DNA from: Pseudovirgaria hyperparasitica
Lineage: Eukaryota
Length of the DNA stretch: 64,000 nt
Direction: 5' to 3' (one strand)
Assembly (NCBI GenBank): GCA_010093815.1
Contig: ML996572.1
Position 1 is the first letter of the stretch; every line of letters starts with the position of its first letter. Below the pieces are notes generated by a model. The model saw only the letters and a list, made by a program, of their open reading frames with translations. It was not told the DNA's origin and did not search any database. The translations under genes and the position numbers were made by a program. Shown here piece after piece: positions 26,100 through 40,000 of the stretch.

Positions 26100-26339
26100 T
26101 ATTAGGGCTAATACTAGGATAGACTTAACTAGACTACTATAGTCTAGTACGGTCCGTAATAGGTGGACCTAGGTTAAGCCAGCTAGAATAAGCGAGACTA
26201 CTATATAAGTAGGCCGCATATACTTAATTCCTACTCTTTAGGAATTAACCTTATTAGAAGAGTAGACTACCCTTTTAAATATATTCCCGAATCCTCCTAT
26301 AACCTGTTAGACTACTATCCTACGTCTATAATCCTTATA
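26100..26339 (+). repeat. 3' LTR of B'
   Basis: Follows the same PPT (AAAAAGAAGAAGGATAT) and is homologous to but diverged from the B LTR. Confidence 0.8.
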
Positions 26340-28087
26340 AGAGTTTTTAAAAGTTCTTAGAAGTTAAGTTAGAAAAGAGCCTATATAAAAACTATATTAG
26401 ATTCTAGAATTACTACCTTCTTTCTCTTCTCTAAGAAATTTAACTCTTTATTTATAGACTAAATTAGAGAGTTTAGAGCTTAGAAAGTATATGGAATATA
26501 ATAGAAGGCCGTATCTACGTCTCTATATAGACGTATCTCTAGTATAGTAGTAAGTATATATTTACTACTAGTATACTTAAGAGAGACCTTCTCTCATTTA
26601 CTCTAGACGGTATTCTCTCTCTATTACTAATATCTATATTTTTAGCTTTTCTATAAGGTCTTTAAGTATACTAGTTTAATAGACTACTAGTAAGTTTCTA
26701 AACTCTAAAGTCTAATTAGATTCTACTATAGTACTAGCTTAGGTATAGGATCTAGATCTAGAGATATATAATAGTAGAATATTAATTCTTTGAATACTTC
26801 TATTGGCTTCTAATAAGAGAGTAGAAAGAGTAATAATATGTTTAAAGAATAATAGAGAAAGAGAGTAAGAGTTAAAGAGATTCCTATGTAGTAGTAAGTA
26901 TATAGTCTATATAGAGTGGTACTTCTCTTTGAATTTAGACTATCTATAGAAACTCATCTATTACTCTATATAACTTATTATATAAGTATTACTTAAAACT
27001 TATCTTCTTGTTCTATTTATTATTAAGATTTTGATCAAGGGTAAGGTTGTCTTAGCTATTAGAATAAAGGGGAAATGCACGCGAGTATAAGTGCTAAACA
27101 CTTACGTCTTGTTACTGCGTTAGTCGGTCCGTTATCCAGTAGCTGCCAATGAGAATCCCACATCGTTAGGTGGTGTGCGCATATCGTCTTGCACCATATC
27201 TAAAATGCCTCAAGATCGTCCTGAAGCATAAGGTAATTGTCTCATTGATCCCTATAGCATTTAAAAAGATAGCTTATTGACGGTACTAGGTATAACATGG
27301 AACATTCGGCCGGTCGGCCTCGTCTCGGGATGACGGTAACTAAGGTTACATGCGTTCAAGGCTATCCATGCAGCTATCTCCCAGATGGTTATTTCATGCT
27401 TAGCCGGACGTCTCCGAGGCTCATGCCTCCTTAAACGTGTTGCTCGTACCGAGAATGAACTCATCATTGTATTCCGCTACGTTGTCGGCAAGGATAACAC
27501 ACTAGTGTCGACCTTTCAACTAGCTAACCGCCTTGCAGGATTTATAATACACACAGATATCAGAGTCACAGTTGTCCTGTAGTATTCATGGAAGTAGTCA
27601 CTAGCGTAGCAAGATCCTGGCCTTTTTGTCGATGTATATCATATATGATCTTCTAACTAAAGCAAGATCTAAGCCTGAATAGGTGGTGGAAGATGGCCTG
27701 ACCGGATAAAGTCTTTGATCCTACTAGTAACTGTTTCCTGTAAGTAGATCAGGGCCCCATGTCACGCTAATAGCTATTACTCTGAAAACCATAGCACATT
27801 GACGTACAGCCTGTTGTGTTACAGTGAAACAGTCATGGGCCTTGAGTAGTTGTTCTAGTGCCTGCTGCTTCACAATCTCTGTTCTAGCTTTTTGTTCACA
27901 ACATCAGCAACTTACGCTGTGAAGCAACTTGCCTATAAGCAAACCTATCTCAAAGACGCAAGGAGCTACGTTCGTACACACTGTCATCATTATATCCCCG
28001 TTATTATGCTGAACTGTTCAGTATATCTTGTTCGTAGTCGCGTGGAATATACTTGACATTCTCCCCACAAAAACAAATTTCGCAAAA

Positions 28088-31000
28088 ATGTCTACAGAAC
28101 AAGAAAATGTGCCGATCGCCATTATTGGGAGCGCTTGTCGCTTTGCTGGAGGCGTTACTTGCCCGTCTCAGCTTTGGAACCTCTTGAAAGAGCCTCGAGA
28201 TGTTTTAGGCTCTATACCGGAGAATCGCTTTCACGCAGAAGGGTTCTATCATCCTGACGCGTCATATCACGGACACACGAACGTTCTCTCGTCTTACACA
28301 CTTGACGGGGATCCTGGATCGTTCGACACAACATTTTTTAAGATCAAGCCTGTGGAGGCAAAGGCTATTGATCCTCAACAGCGTGTTCTGCTCGAGGTTG
28401 TCTATGAAGGCCTCGAAAATGCAGGTCTTTCCATACACAATGTGCGAGGTAGTGATACAGCTGTATACGTCGGCATTATGAGTAGCGACTACGAGAATAT
28501 GCTAGTCCAGGATGTTGATGTACTTCCTACCTACCATTCGACAGGCACTTCACGAGCCATAGCAGCGAACAGAATTTCGTACTTTTTCGACTTAAAGGGA
28601 CCTTCACTCACCTTGGACACTGCGTGTAGCTCTAGCCTTTATGCGATTCATTTAGCCGTCCAAGCAATCCGTAATGGGGATGCTGAAATGGCTATTGCTT
28701 GCGGGTCCAATCTAATTCTGGGACCAAACTTTTACATCTTTCAGAACAAATTAAACATGCTTTCGCCTGACTCAAGATGCAGGATGTGGGATGAAGGAGC
28801 CAATGGATATGCCCGCGGTGAAGGAGTTGCGGCAGTTGTTTTGAAATCGCTGCCAGCAGCATTGCGAGACGGTGATCATATTGAAGCTATCATTCGCGAG
28901 ACAGGGCTCAACCAAGACGGAGCAACGAATGGTATTACCATGCCCAGTACATCAGCTCAGACAGATCTGATCCGCAATACCTACTTAAAGGCGGGTCTGG
29001 ATCCTTTGACAGACGGTCCACAGTACTTCGAAGCCCACGGAACGGGAACTCAGGCTGGGGATCCTATTGAGGCCGAAGCCATACAGCGGTCCTTGATTCG
29101 CAACTGTGATATCCCGTACCCACGACAACGCAACAGTTCTGATCCTCTCTATATAGGCTCTGTCAAAACAGTGCTCGGACATACCGAGAGCGTTGCAGGG
29201 ATAGCAGGTCTCCTAAAGGCATCTCTAGCCATTCAACACGGCCTTATCCCACCGAATCTTCTCTTCGACCGGTTGAATCCCAAAGTGGCGCCATTTTATA
29301 AAGACGTTTGTGTTCCTATTAGGGCTCTACGTTGGCCTGCGATACCAGATGGCCAACCAAGACGAGCAAGCATTAATAGTTTCGGATTTGGTGGAGCTAA
29401 TGCCCATATTATCTTGGAAAGCTCCCCGAATCAAGATTTGATGAAAGACGATGGCGAAAATGAGACTTATGGACCATACGTCTTCTCCGCGCATTCAGAG
29501 CAAGGTCTAGTAAAGATGCTTAAGAACTACATCACATTTCTAGGGAGTGAGCTCTCGGAGTCCGTATCTGCTCGTGACCTGGCTTGGACACTTCGTTCAC
29601 GACGGTCGTTGCTGCCTTTCAAGGCCTCGTTTCCTACAGGAAATCTGGAAAAACTAAAGAGAGACATCGAGACTCGATTACAGGAGAATGCAGAAAAAGC
29701 GACTCCGCTGGGTACACTGTCCTTGGTTTCAAGAAGACGGGTTCTAGGCATCTTTACTGGTCAGGGCGCGCAGTATATTCGTATGGGATCGCAGCTTTTT
29801 GAAAGGTCGTCACTTGCTCGTGATACTCTCCAGAGACTGGAAGTTTCTCTTGCGAGGCTTCCCGTCGAGGATCGGCCGACATGGTCTCTAACTAAGGAAC
29901 TAAATGCTGATGAAGGTTCACGGGTGTACGAAGGCGCGATATCGCAACCACTCTGCACAGCGGTACAAATAGTTTTGGTTAATTTACTAAGACAGTCGGG
30001 AGTTGAGTTCGACGGGGTCATTGGTCACTCGTCGGGCGAGATTGCTGCTGCATATGCTGGAGGATACATCTGCGCAGAAGATGCCATTCGCATTGCGTAT
30101 TACCGTGGAATCCACATAAAAGCAGCGTGTAGCCCTAATTCAAATAAGATGAGAGGGATGATGCTAGCTGTTGGAACTTCAAGAGATGATGCAGAGGAGT
30201 TATTGCAAGAGCCTGTGTTTCATGGTCGAGTGGCAATAGCAGCAAGCAATTCCTCATCTAGCGTCACACTTTCTGGCGACGAGGACGCCATCGCAGAGCT
30301 TGAGACGATATTCGAAGACGAAAAGAAATTCAATAGACGATTGAGAACGGACATTGCTTATCACTCTGCACATATGATGCCATGCGCCCAACCGTACATT
30401 CGCTCGCTCGAGAAATGTAACGTACGGATCTTACGTTCGCACTCGAAAAGCTGTAGTTGGTATTCCACTGTATGCAACCTCACGATCACGAAGGGAGATC
30501 CTATGCTTGATACTGTAGCATGCTCATATTGGTCCGATAATTTAACACAACCTGTTCTCTTTTACGAAGCTATGCAGAGAGCACTAAATACAGGAAACTT
30601 TGACCTCGTAGTTGAGGTCGGGCCACATCCAGCCTTACGTGGACCAGCACTGGAAACCATTACGCAAACTTTGGAAAAACCGTTGCCGTACATTGGAACG
30701 CTGAAGCGAGGATCGGATCCAATCGAAGCATTCTCAGATACACTTGCATTCTTGTGGTCGCATCAAGAGACAGAATGTACGATCGACTTAGACAAGTACG
30801 AGGAGACTATGCAGGAGAGTACGGCAAAGTATCGGCTGGTCAAGAACTTGCCGACTTATCCCTGGGATCACAATCGAAGACACTGGCATGAGACACGCCA
30901 GACACGAAGGACTCGGCATCGAGAAGATCATGTCCATGAATTATTGGGCCATATCTGCCCAACCGTCACATCAAATCAAGTCAGTTGGAGACACTTCCTC

Positions 31001-34000
31001 AGAATGCGAGAAATAAACTGGTTAGTAGACCACAAAATTCAAGACAAACCGGTTTTTCCTGCTGCGGGATACATTTCTTCTATGTTGGAAGCCAGCTGCC
31101 GTATTCCTCAACTCTCAAACGCGGCCAACAGATCAAAGACAGTCAGCTTAATTGAGGCATTTGACTTCACGGTACACCGAGCTATGGTTCTAGACGAAGT
31201 TAGTGACGATGGGGACCAGGGCGGTATCGAAATAGTGATTGCAATGATGGATATCGGAGTCGAACAGCAGCAAAACTCAGAAGTGATCAAAGCTCGTTTC
31301 AGCTATATGGCAGCAGTAGACAAAGACTCGAACGAGATGGCTCTTATGGCTAGCGCCGATATCTCTATCACATTCAGTGCGACCTCAAGTGCGGTGTTGC
31401 CGACGAAGAGCTATTCGCAGCCAAACATGGTTAATGTTGCCTGCGACTCATTCTTCAGCAGATTGTTGAAGACTGGATATGGGTATAGTGGTCTTTTCAA
31501 GGCGGCAGATAATCTGAAGAGATCACTAGGGAAAGCGCAGTGCAGCATTGACCCTATATCTTTGAAAACGGCTTGTGCAAGCAGGCTTATAGTTCATCCT
31601 GCGATTTTGGACTCGGCATTCCAAACCCTGCTGCTCGCTCTTAGCCATCCTGGCGATAATCAACTCTGGACTGTTTTCATCCCTGTACGGTTCGATTGTA
31701 TTCGTGTTGTACCTTCTTTCTGCCAGTCTGTCTTGCCAGCGAAATGTATCACGACCAAGTCGGCTTCACCCATGACCGTGAATACGACAATTGTTGGGCC
31801 AAGTGGGTTAGGCTTTTTGGGGGATTTGGATGTGCTCATTGCAGCAGACACAGCAATTCAGGTACAGGGAGTCACTCTTTCTCCGTTTGCAACAGGATCT
31901 GCAGAGAGCGACACAAATATGTTTGCTCGAATGCGATGGAGTTACTTTGACCCTGTGGCCGGAGGTATCGCCTTAACAGACGACATCTCGTCGAAACATC
32001 GCGATATCTGCCGCGTTGTCGAGCGAATGGCAGTCTACTACATGCGCATGTTCATTTCAGAAGTCCCAAATGGTCATGCTGCACGATTAGATCCAACATT
32101 CAGTCATTATCTAAAGTACTGCCAAGATGTGGTCGATCTCGTCGATAGTGGAAAACACAGATACGTCTCGATAGAGTGCGCAAATGATTGCTGGAATGAC
32201 ATTGAGTCCATCTGTGCTCAGTACTCGGAACTGATAGACATAAGAATCCTTCGGAAAATAGGGGAAATCATGCCCAGTGTCTTCAAAGGCGAGACTACTG
32301 TTCTAGAGCATGTCTTTCCGTCAGGCCTCTTCGCAGATTATTACGCCAATGCTATAGGCCAACAGGAATGTGTCGAATGGATAGGTCAGGCAGCAGCACA
32401 TATAATGCACCGTTATCCAAGGATGAACATTCTCGAGGTAGGAGCAGGGACGGGTGGCGCAACCAAGAGCGTTCTCCGGAAGGCTCTACACGAGAGTTTC
32501 AACTCGTATACATTTACAGACGTTTCCACAGGATTTTTTGAGCAGACCCGAGGTGAACTTAACAGCTTAGGCCTTGACAGCCGTATTATATTCGATGTCT
32601 TGGATATATCTAAAGACCCTATCTCTCAGGGATTCAAATACGGTTCATACGATCTTATTATTGCATCATATGTTATCCATGCCACCCCTAAGCTTGAGGA
32701 AACTTTGCGTGGGTTGCGCAATCTGCTTCGGCCCGGAGGGTTTATTGTCATTGGCGAGAACACAAACCTGGAGTTGTCTGGGATGAACTTCATTTTTGGT
32801 ACTCTGCCTGGTATGTGGGCTGGAGTCGAAGAAGGAAGGACATCGTCTCCATATATTCCTGTCCAACGTTGGGACAACCTGTTGAAGAAAGCAAATTTCT
32901 CCGGAATCGAAGCTGTTACGCCGGAATTTCTGGCCGATACTTTTGCGACCAGTGTCTTTGTTTCACGGGCAGTGGATGACCATATCGAACTTCTACGCGG
33001 TTCAAATGCTCCATTGCCAATTCGTCCTTCTCTTCCGAATGTGGTAATCATTGGAGACGGTAGTAAGAACACAACAATACTAGCAAATGAGGTCTGCGAA
33101 GCTCTAAGGAACTCCTACGGAACAACTTCGAAGATCTTCACTCGCCTGACAGATGTGCCAAGTCATATCCTCTCTTCAGACACAACGTTTCTTAGCCTTG
33201 CAGAGTTAGACAAACCGTTATTCGAGAACATAGAGACCGATCAATTTGAGAGTTTCAAGATATTGGTTGGATCACAGAAGAGATTGCTTTGGGTGACGCG
33301 CGGGCGCCGAGCAACAAATCCATTCTGCAACATCAGCATCGGTTTCCTGAGGACTGCTTCATGCGAGGTCCCCGATCTATGCGTACAAAGTGTTGATTTC
33401 GAGTGCGGAGACAATATCTCTGCGACTATGATCATAGACTTCCTAGTTCCATTCAAATTGGCTTCTGATCTTGAAGGCAGCTTGGAAAAGTCCAACATTC
33501 TATGGACTAATGAACCTGAGATAGTAGTGGATTCTAAGGGTGTTCGCTTAATTCCACGTTGGGAGTCTATATTAGACGCGGATAAGCGGTATAATTCAGC
33601 ACGACGCCCGATCTCAGAATTGACTGAACCTAAAAAAACACCTACCGCAGTGTGTATGGATGCGAATGGTCATTTCATCTTCAAACAGACACCAACTTTG
33701 TTGCCCCTCTCGTCAGAGACCATGTTGGACTCAACCACTCTAGAGACTGTTTACAGCCTTCTTTGGCCAATCGATACTCCGTTTGGCTCACGTTTTATGT
33801 CGGTGGCTGTCATCTCAGGAAAGAGATGCCTCGCCTTAACTGAAACACTTGTTTCTGTTCAGAGGTCTGCAAATATGATCGCTTCCGCGGAGTTTCCTGA
33901 ACAAGCAACGGAGGGTGAGCTGAAGGATATCTTGATCCTCGCTGCTGCTCATGTGTGGTCTTCATTTCTCCTTCACGCTGCATTTCCCGGTCAAAATGTC

Positions 34001-37000
34001 GTCGTTCACAACCCTGCTCCTCTTCTGGCAACCGTCTTGCAGGCCCATGCCCGTGAACGACGTATCAACATTATACTTACGTCAAGCGATTCTGACGTGG
34101 CTTCGTCTAAGTCATGGCTGCACCTGCCGTCATACATGACACGAAGGGAAATACAACGGGCTCTGCAAGTAGCCCGAATCTCGGACTTTATACTATTCAG
34201 TGATCTTGATGATGACAATAACAATAGCTTCATGTCTTCTCTTCCGTCTGATTGTCGCGTAAAGGAAGTAAGACTCAACCTTTCCAAAGACATAGATCAG
34301 TCGCCGGCTCCTGAGCAGCCAGACCGACGTCTTGAGACCGAAACAATGCACTCAGCACTATCGATGGCTTTGACTAAAGCATACCAAGCTAGATCGTCTC
34401 CGATTTCCCAGGATCTACCACGCCAAAACAACTTACTCAAGTTCTCTAGCTTAACATCTGAAGGGAGCCTCCCCAGTCACAGCGACCTCTTTTCTTGTTT
34501 CCAATGGGATGATGAACCTTTGTCGGCTTACATCTCTCGACTTGATAGCGGTCTTCTTTTTGATTGTAACAAGACATACTGGCTCGTTGGACTCTCTGCC
34601 GGGCTTGGACCATCTATATGCGATTGGATGCTCGCTCATGGTGCGAGATACGTCGTTCTCAGCAGTAGAAATCCCAGAGTCGATGAAATATGGCTACAGG
34701 GGCATGAGCGCAACGGTATTGTCATCAAAATCTTCCGTTGTGATGTCACCGCCCAAGATGCTGTCCAGGACACCTACTCTAGAATCGCTACAGACGAGCA
34801 ACTTCCTCCGCTGGCTGGCGTCATAAATGGTGCTATGGTCCTTAAAGACAACCCAATCAGAAATATGAGCACCAGCGACCTTAATGATGTACTGCAGCCT
34901 AAAGTCAATGGCAGCATAAATCTTGACCGCGTCCTTGCTGATTCGAAGCTTGATTTCTTCATATTTCTTTCCTCCATGGTCAACGTTCTTGGAAACGTAG
35001 GTCAAGCAAACTACTGTGCTGCAAATGCATTCATGTCTGCGTTGGCTTCCCAACGACGGCAAAGGGGTCTAGCTGCGCAGGTTGTCAATATAGGAGCAGT
35101 TTCAGGGGCAGGCTACATCACTCGGGAGCTTGGTGACGCAGGAGTACATAGGCAGCTGATGATGCTGGGACTGAAGATGATATCTGAAGGTGATTTGCAC
35201 CAACTACTGGCAGAAGCCATTGCAGACAGGCCAAAAGATTGGAATGGAGGCTACGATACTGACATCGGCTTCGCATTGCAGCAAAGCGATAGCAGTGATA
35301 TAACACCTTTGTGGCACGACAATCCCAAATTCCAGCGTTTTCTCCCAAAATCAACGATTCAAGATACATCCGATATGAGCTCGGGCACAGCTCTCAGTGG
35401 TAAAAGTGTGAGAGATAGATTAGCAATCTCAAGATCTCGAGAAGACATCTGGTCAATTGCCAAGGAGACGCTACTATCAAAGATCCAATCCAGTCTACAA
35501 ATAGAAGATTGCGACGATGCGTGTATGACAATGCGTAGCAACCAATTGGGGATTGACTCGCTTGTTGCAGTTGACTTAAGGACATGGCTTTTGAATAACT
35601 TTCAAGTTAACATCTCAGTACTTGAAATTCTCAGTGGTATCACTATAGGCGATATCGTTGACCGAGTCAGCATTAGTGTACCGCCTGAGCTGGTTCCAAA
35701 TGTCAACCCAAAGCCTCACTCATCGGAATCAGAGGCTGGATTTGCTCCTGGCACAAGCCCGGTCGAGGCGCAAACATCTGTAGTTCCGAAGACTGATGAG
35801 GACTCCGCATTGCCTATGGTGCACTCGTCACCATCAGTACAAAAGACTTCTCCGCTCTCTTCCTCTCAATCCATGTTCTGGGTGGTTCAAAACCTCGTTG
35901 AGGATAAAACGACACTCAATCATACTGTTCTATTTAGCCTGGAAGGAGCCCTAATCAGAAAGAATGATCTCAATGTCGCTGTAAGTGCTTTGGGTCAGCG
36001 CCATGAGGCGCTACGAACCTCTTTTTCGGAGAGAGATGGACAGCCGCTGCAGCACGTCCTCAAATCAAGCACACTTAAGATGGAAGAAGGAAGAGTTCTG
36101 GACGAGTATGATGCTAAACAAGAGTTCGAGCGAGCCAAGAGTCACATCTTTGATCTTGCTTCGGGAGACGTCATGCGCTTCATTCTCCTGACCACTCCAT
36201 CACCACAAAGGAGTTACATCATAATCAGTGCGCACCATATCGTTATGGATGGACTCTGTCTTCAGGTTTTCTTACAGGATATTGAAGAAACGTATAATAC
36301 TGGTCGCGCGGTGCGCGACTCGGGGTCCTCTCTTGTCCGGCAATTTGCTGAGTTCGTTACTTCACAGCGAGAGGCCTTGCAAAATGGCTTATGGGATGTC
36401 GACCTTGCTTACTGGCGAGGGGTATTTGGCAGCAGTCCAGCACCTCTACCATTGACACGTGCCCGAGTCTCATCCAGGAAACCTCTAACTGAATACGCGG
36501 TCCATCGCTGCGATATTAACATTGATAAAACCCTTGCCAACAAGATACGGGCAATCGGGCGTGTATACGGGACGACGCCCTTTCATTTTTACCTCACTAC
36601 TTTTCGTGTTCTACTGTATAGATTTCTTTACTCTGGACGTGACGAGAATACAGACAGTGGCTCGCTTTTGGCAGACTCTGATATATGCATTGGCATCGCC
36701 GACGGCAACCGCAAAGACGACAACATCCTGAGAAGTGTTGGTCCGTACATGAATCTACTTCCAATCAGGTTCGGACCCACGCGAGCCCCAACTGACGCTA
36801 CTCCTTTGTCAACATTTGCTCAAGAACTGAAGAACGCTTGTGACAAAACATTAGAGGCCTTGAGGCACTCTGCTCCTTCTTTTGAGGCAATCCTAGACTA
36901 TCTTCGGATCGATCGTGCAGTAGAGTATGCTCCTCTCTTCCAGGCTTTCCTGAACTACAGACAGGGTTGGAACCACGGACAAGTCTTTCTCAATTGTTCT

Positions 37001-40000
37001 GCCGAAATGCTGGAGTTCGAACCAGGTCGCGTACCGTATGATCTCAGTTTGGATATCATTGACAACTCTGGCTCAAACCAAGGGACCATGATATCTTTTA
37101 TGGGTCAGACCGCCCTGTATTCCATGGAGGATGTTGCTACCTTTGCTCGTTGCTACACAGAGTTTCTAGAAGAGTTTTCAAATTACCCCGAAGAACATAT
37201 TGATCAACCCGACTGGAGCTTTCCGAAGGCAGAAACCGAGCCGGCACTTCAATTGGGAACAGGCCCTCGTCAGGATATGACCTGGTCTTTGACGTTGATG
37301 CACCGCGTCAAATCTATCGTAAGTCAGTTTGGAGACCACCAGGCCATAGTGACAGTTGGTGACCACAGCCGTGGCTCATCGCTCACGTATAAGCAACTCT
37401 GGAGCAAGGTTTCTCAGATCGCTAACCAGTTGCTGTCTCTGGGAGTCACTCCAGGCAACCATGTTGGCGTTCTACAACATCCAAGCCGGGAATCTGTGGG
37501 TTCTATGCTTGCGATCATGGCGATTGGCGCCGTATACGTACCCTTAGACTGCAACCACCATACCGCACGTCTGAGGACGATGCTCTTGGATTTCGGGCCG
37601 AGTGTTCTCCTTGTGGGCTCGTCAAGTCGCACGAAAGCTTCTGAAATCGTCACATCCTCGAACTTACATGCAATGCATATCATCAATGTCTCTGAGTTGG
37701 TAACAGATGAAAGCGTCGAATCTATGGATCTAGAGTTACATGCATCTCCTACAGCACCAGCTGTAATTTTGTACACAAGTGGTACGACTGGTACACCGAA
37801 AGGAGTTGTGGTACCCCACTCCAGCTTATGCCATGAAATTGAGCTCAACAGTCACATATACGGGGTAGATTCTGACGTTGTAGTTCTTCAACAAAGCGCA
37901 TGTGGATTCGATATGGCAGTACAACAAGTTTTCGTAGCCTTGGCATACGGCGGTACAGCATGCGTCATCTCGAATGAACTTCATGGCGATTCATCAGCCA
38001 TCGCAGAGGCTATGGTCAACTACAAAGTGACATTCACATGTGCAACACCTACGGAATATTCTAGTTGGATACGTTACGGCGCATACAAGGCCCTTCAACA
38101 ATGCCAATGGCGAGTGGCTATCAGCGGTGGTGAAAGTGCGACCGAGGAGCTATTGAGCGCTTTCAGACACCTTGGCAAGTCCGACCTGAAGCTTTTCAAT
38201 TGCTATGGTCCGACAGAAACGACCTGTTGCTCTACACGATTACAACTCGACTACCAGACAGAAGGAGTCTATCAAGAGTACTCGATGATACCTGTGGGTC
38301 CAGCGTCATCCAACGAAGTTGTGTACATCGTAGATGATAACATGCGGCTCCTTCCAACGGGACTTCCGGGTGAGATCGTAATCAGTGGTCTGGGTGTCAC
38401 GGCAGGATATCTTAATGATGGTGCAAAGACAAAACAGTCTTTCATTCCCGACAAGTTCTTCCAACAGGTCTCTGGTACAGAAGAAAGACCTTTGATGTAT
38501 CGAACAAGAGACCGTGGGCGTCTGTTGAAGAACGGATGGATCTCGATCGAAGGACGTGTTGATCAAGACACGATGATCAAGCTTCGTGGTGTGCGTGTCG
38601 ATCTCCAGGACATCGAGCAGACAATTATGAAAACTGCACCCAAGGATACAATTTCTCATGCCATCGCGAGTCTCAGATCGGACGAGGAGAGTTCGAAGTA
38701 CATTGTAGCTCATGTGGTCTTCGCATCAAGAGACCTCAATGATAGCGCTGAGAGAACTTCATTCCTATCGCTGCTTCGCGAAAATCTTCCTCTGTCGAGA
38801 CCTATGCTTCCGTCGGTAGTACTACCTCTGGATAAATTGCCACTAACATCTTCGGGGAAACTTGATCGGCGTTTCGTCCAACAGCTTCCGATAGATATGT
38901 TATCGCAGACCCCGGGGAATGGGCAGGACAGCGATCAGCGACCACAGAGTACACTGGAAACCAAATTGAAATTGATATGGACTCAAGTCTTATCAAGAAG
39001 AGAGGTTAGGGATATTGATCCAATGACCATAACTGCTTCGACGAATTTTTTCCATATCGGTGGCACATCGTTATTGCTCCTAGAAGTGCAAAGCAAGATT
39101 CAAAAAGATCTCGGCATACCTGTCCAACTTTACAAGCTTTTCGAATCGAGCACCCTTCTTGATATGACACAGTTGATAGCACTTCAGGGTGAGGCTTTGG
39201 TGCCTTCGAACACACCTAGTGATGAGATTGCTATTGACTGGGAAAGGGAAGCGTCTTTGCCGCGAGAGCTGCAAGATGAGATCATTCGCACGAATCTAGA
39301 CCAGGAACAGTCTCTTTCTCAGTCAACAAACTATCCACCTAGAGTTGTACTTCTCACAGGCGCAGCGGGGAGCTTAGGTCAACGCATCCTCCACCTATTG
39401 CTCGAGAATCCTGCTGTGGAGCAAGTCTTCTGCGTAGCTCTACGGCGAGTAGATGAACGGATATCGTCAGGAACTCTACCAAGAAGCGAAACAGGGCGCG
39501 TCACCTATTATGAGGGTGATCTTCGACTTCCTCGCTTAGGGTTGTCAGTGGAAGATTTCGCACTGCTCTCTAAGACACTCGATGTGATTATTCATGTTGG
39601 CGCGGATGTCTCGCATGCAAAAACATACCATACCTTAAAGGAAGCCAACGTAGGCTCTGTCGGTGAGCTCCTCAAGATGTCTCTGCCTAGAACAGCAACA
39701 ATACATTTTGTCTCGAGTGGAGAAGTAGCTATGCTTGGCGCAAGCTCAATACACTCTCACGGCTCTGAAAGCGATCTGCAAGACTGCAGGATCTTCAGTG
39801 AAGAATCTGTGGTTACTAATGGCATCTTTCCACAGGCTCGTGATGCTGCGCATGAGGGATATGCTGCGTCCAAATGGGTCGCTGAAAGGATGCTTGAAAA
39901 CGCTTTCTCTAGCGGAGCCAAAGGTCGTGCTTGGATTCATCGACCTTCGAGTATTATACCTCCAAGCAAGGAGAATGTTTCAGATTCGGACGTGTATGCT

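Larger units (their letters stand above)
15488..26339 (+). mobile_element. Diverged B-family element B' (chromodomain to 3' LTR), split into 15488-17539 and 25594-26339 by B copy 2
   Basis: Colinear with but more diverged than 12650-15487. The sequence resumes in register after 25593. Has its own PPT and LTR at 26100-26339. Confidence 0.85.
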
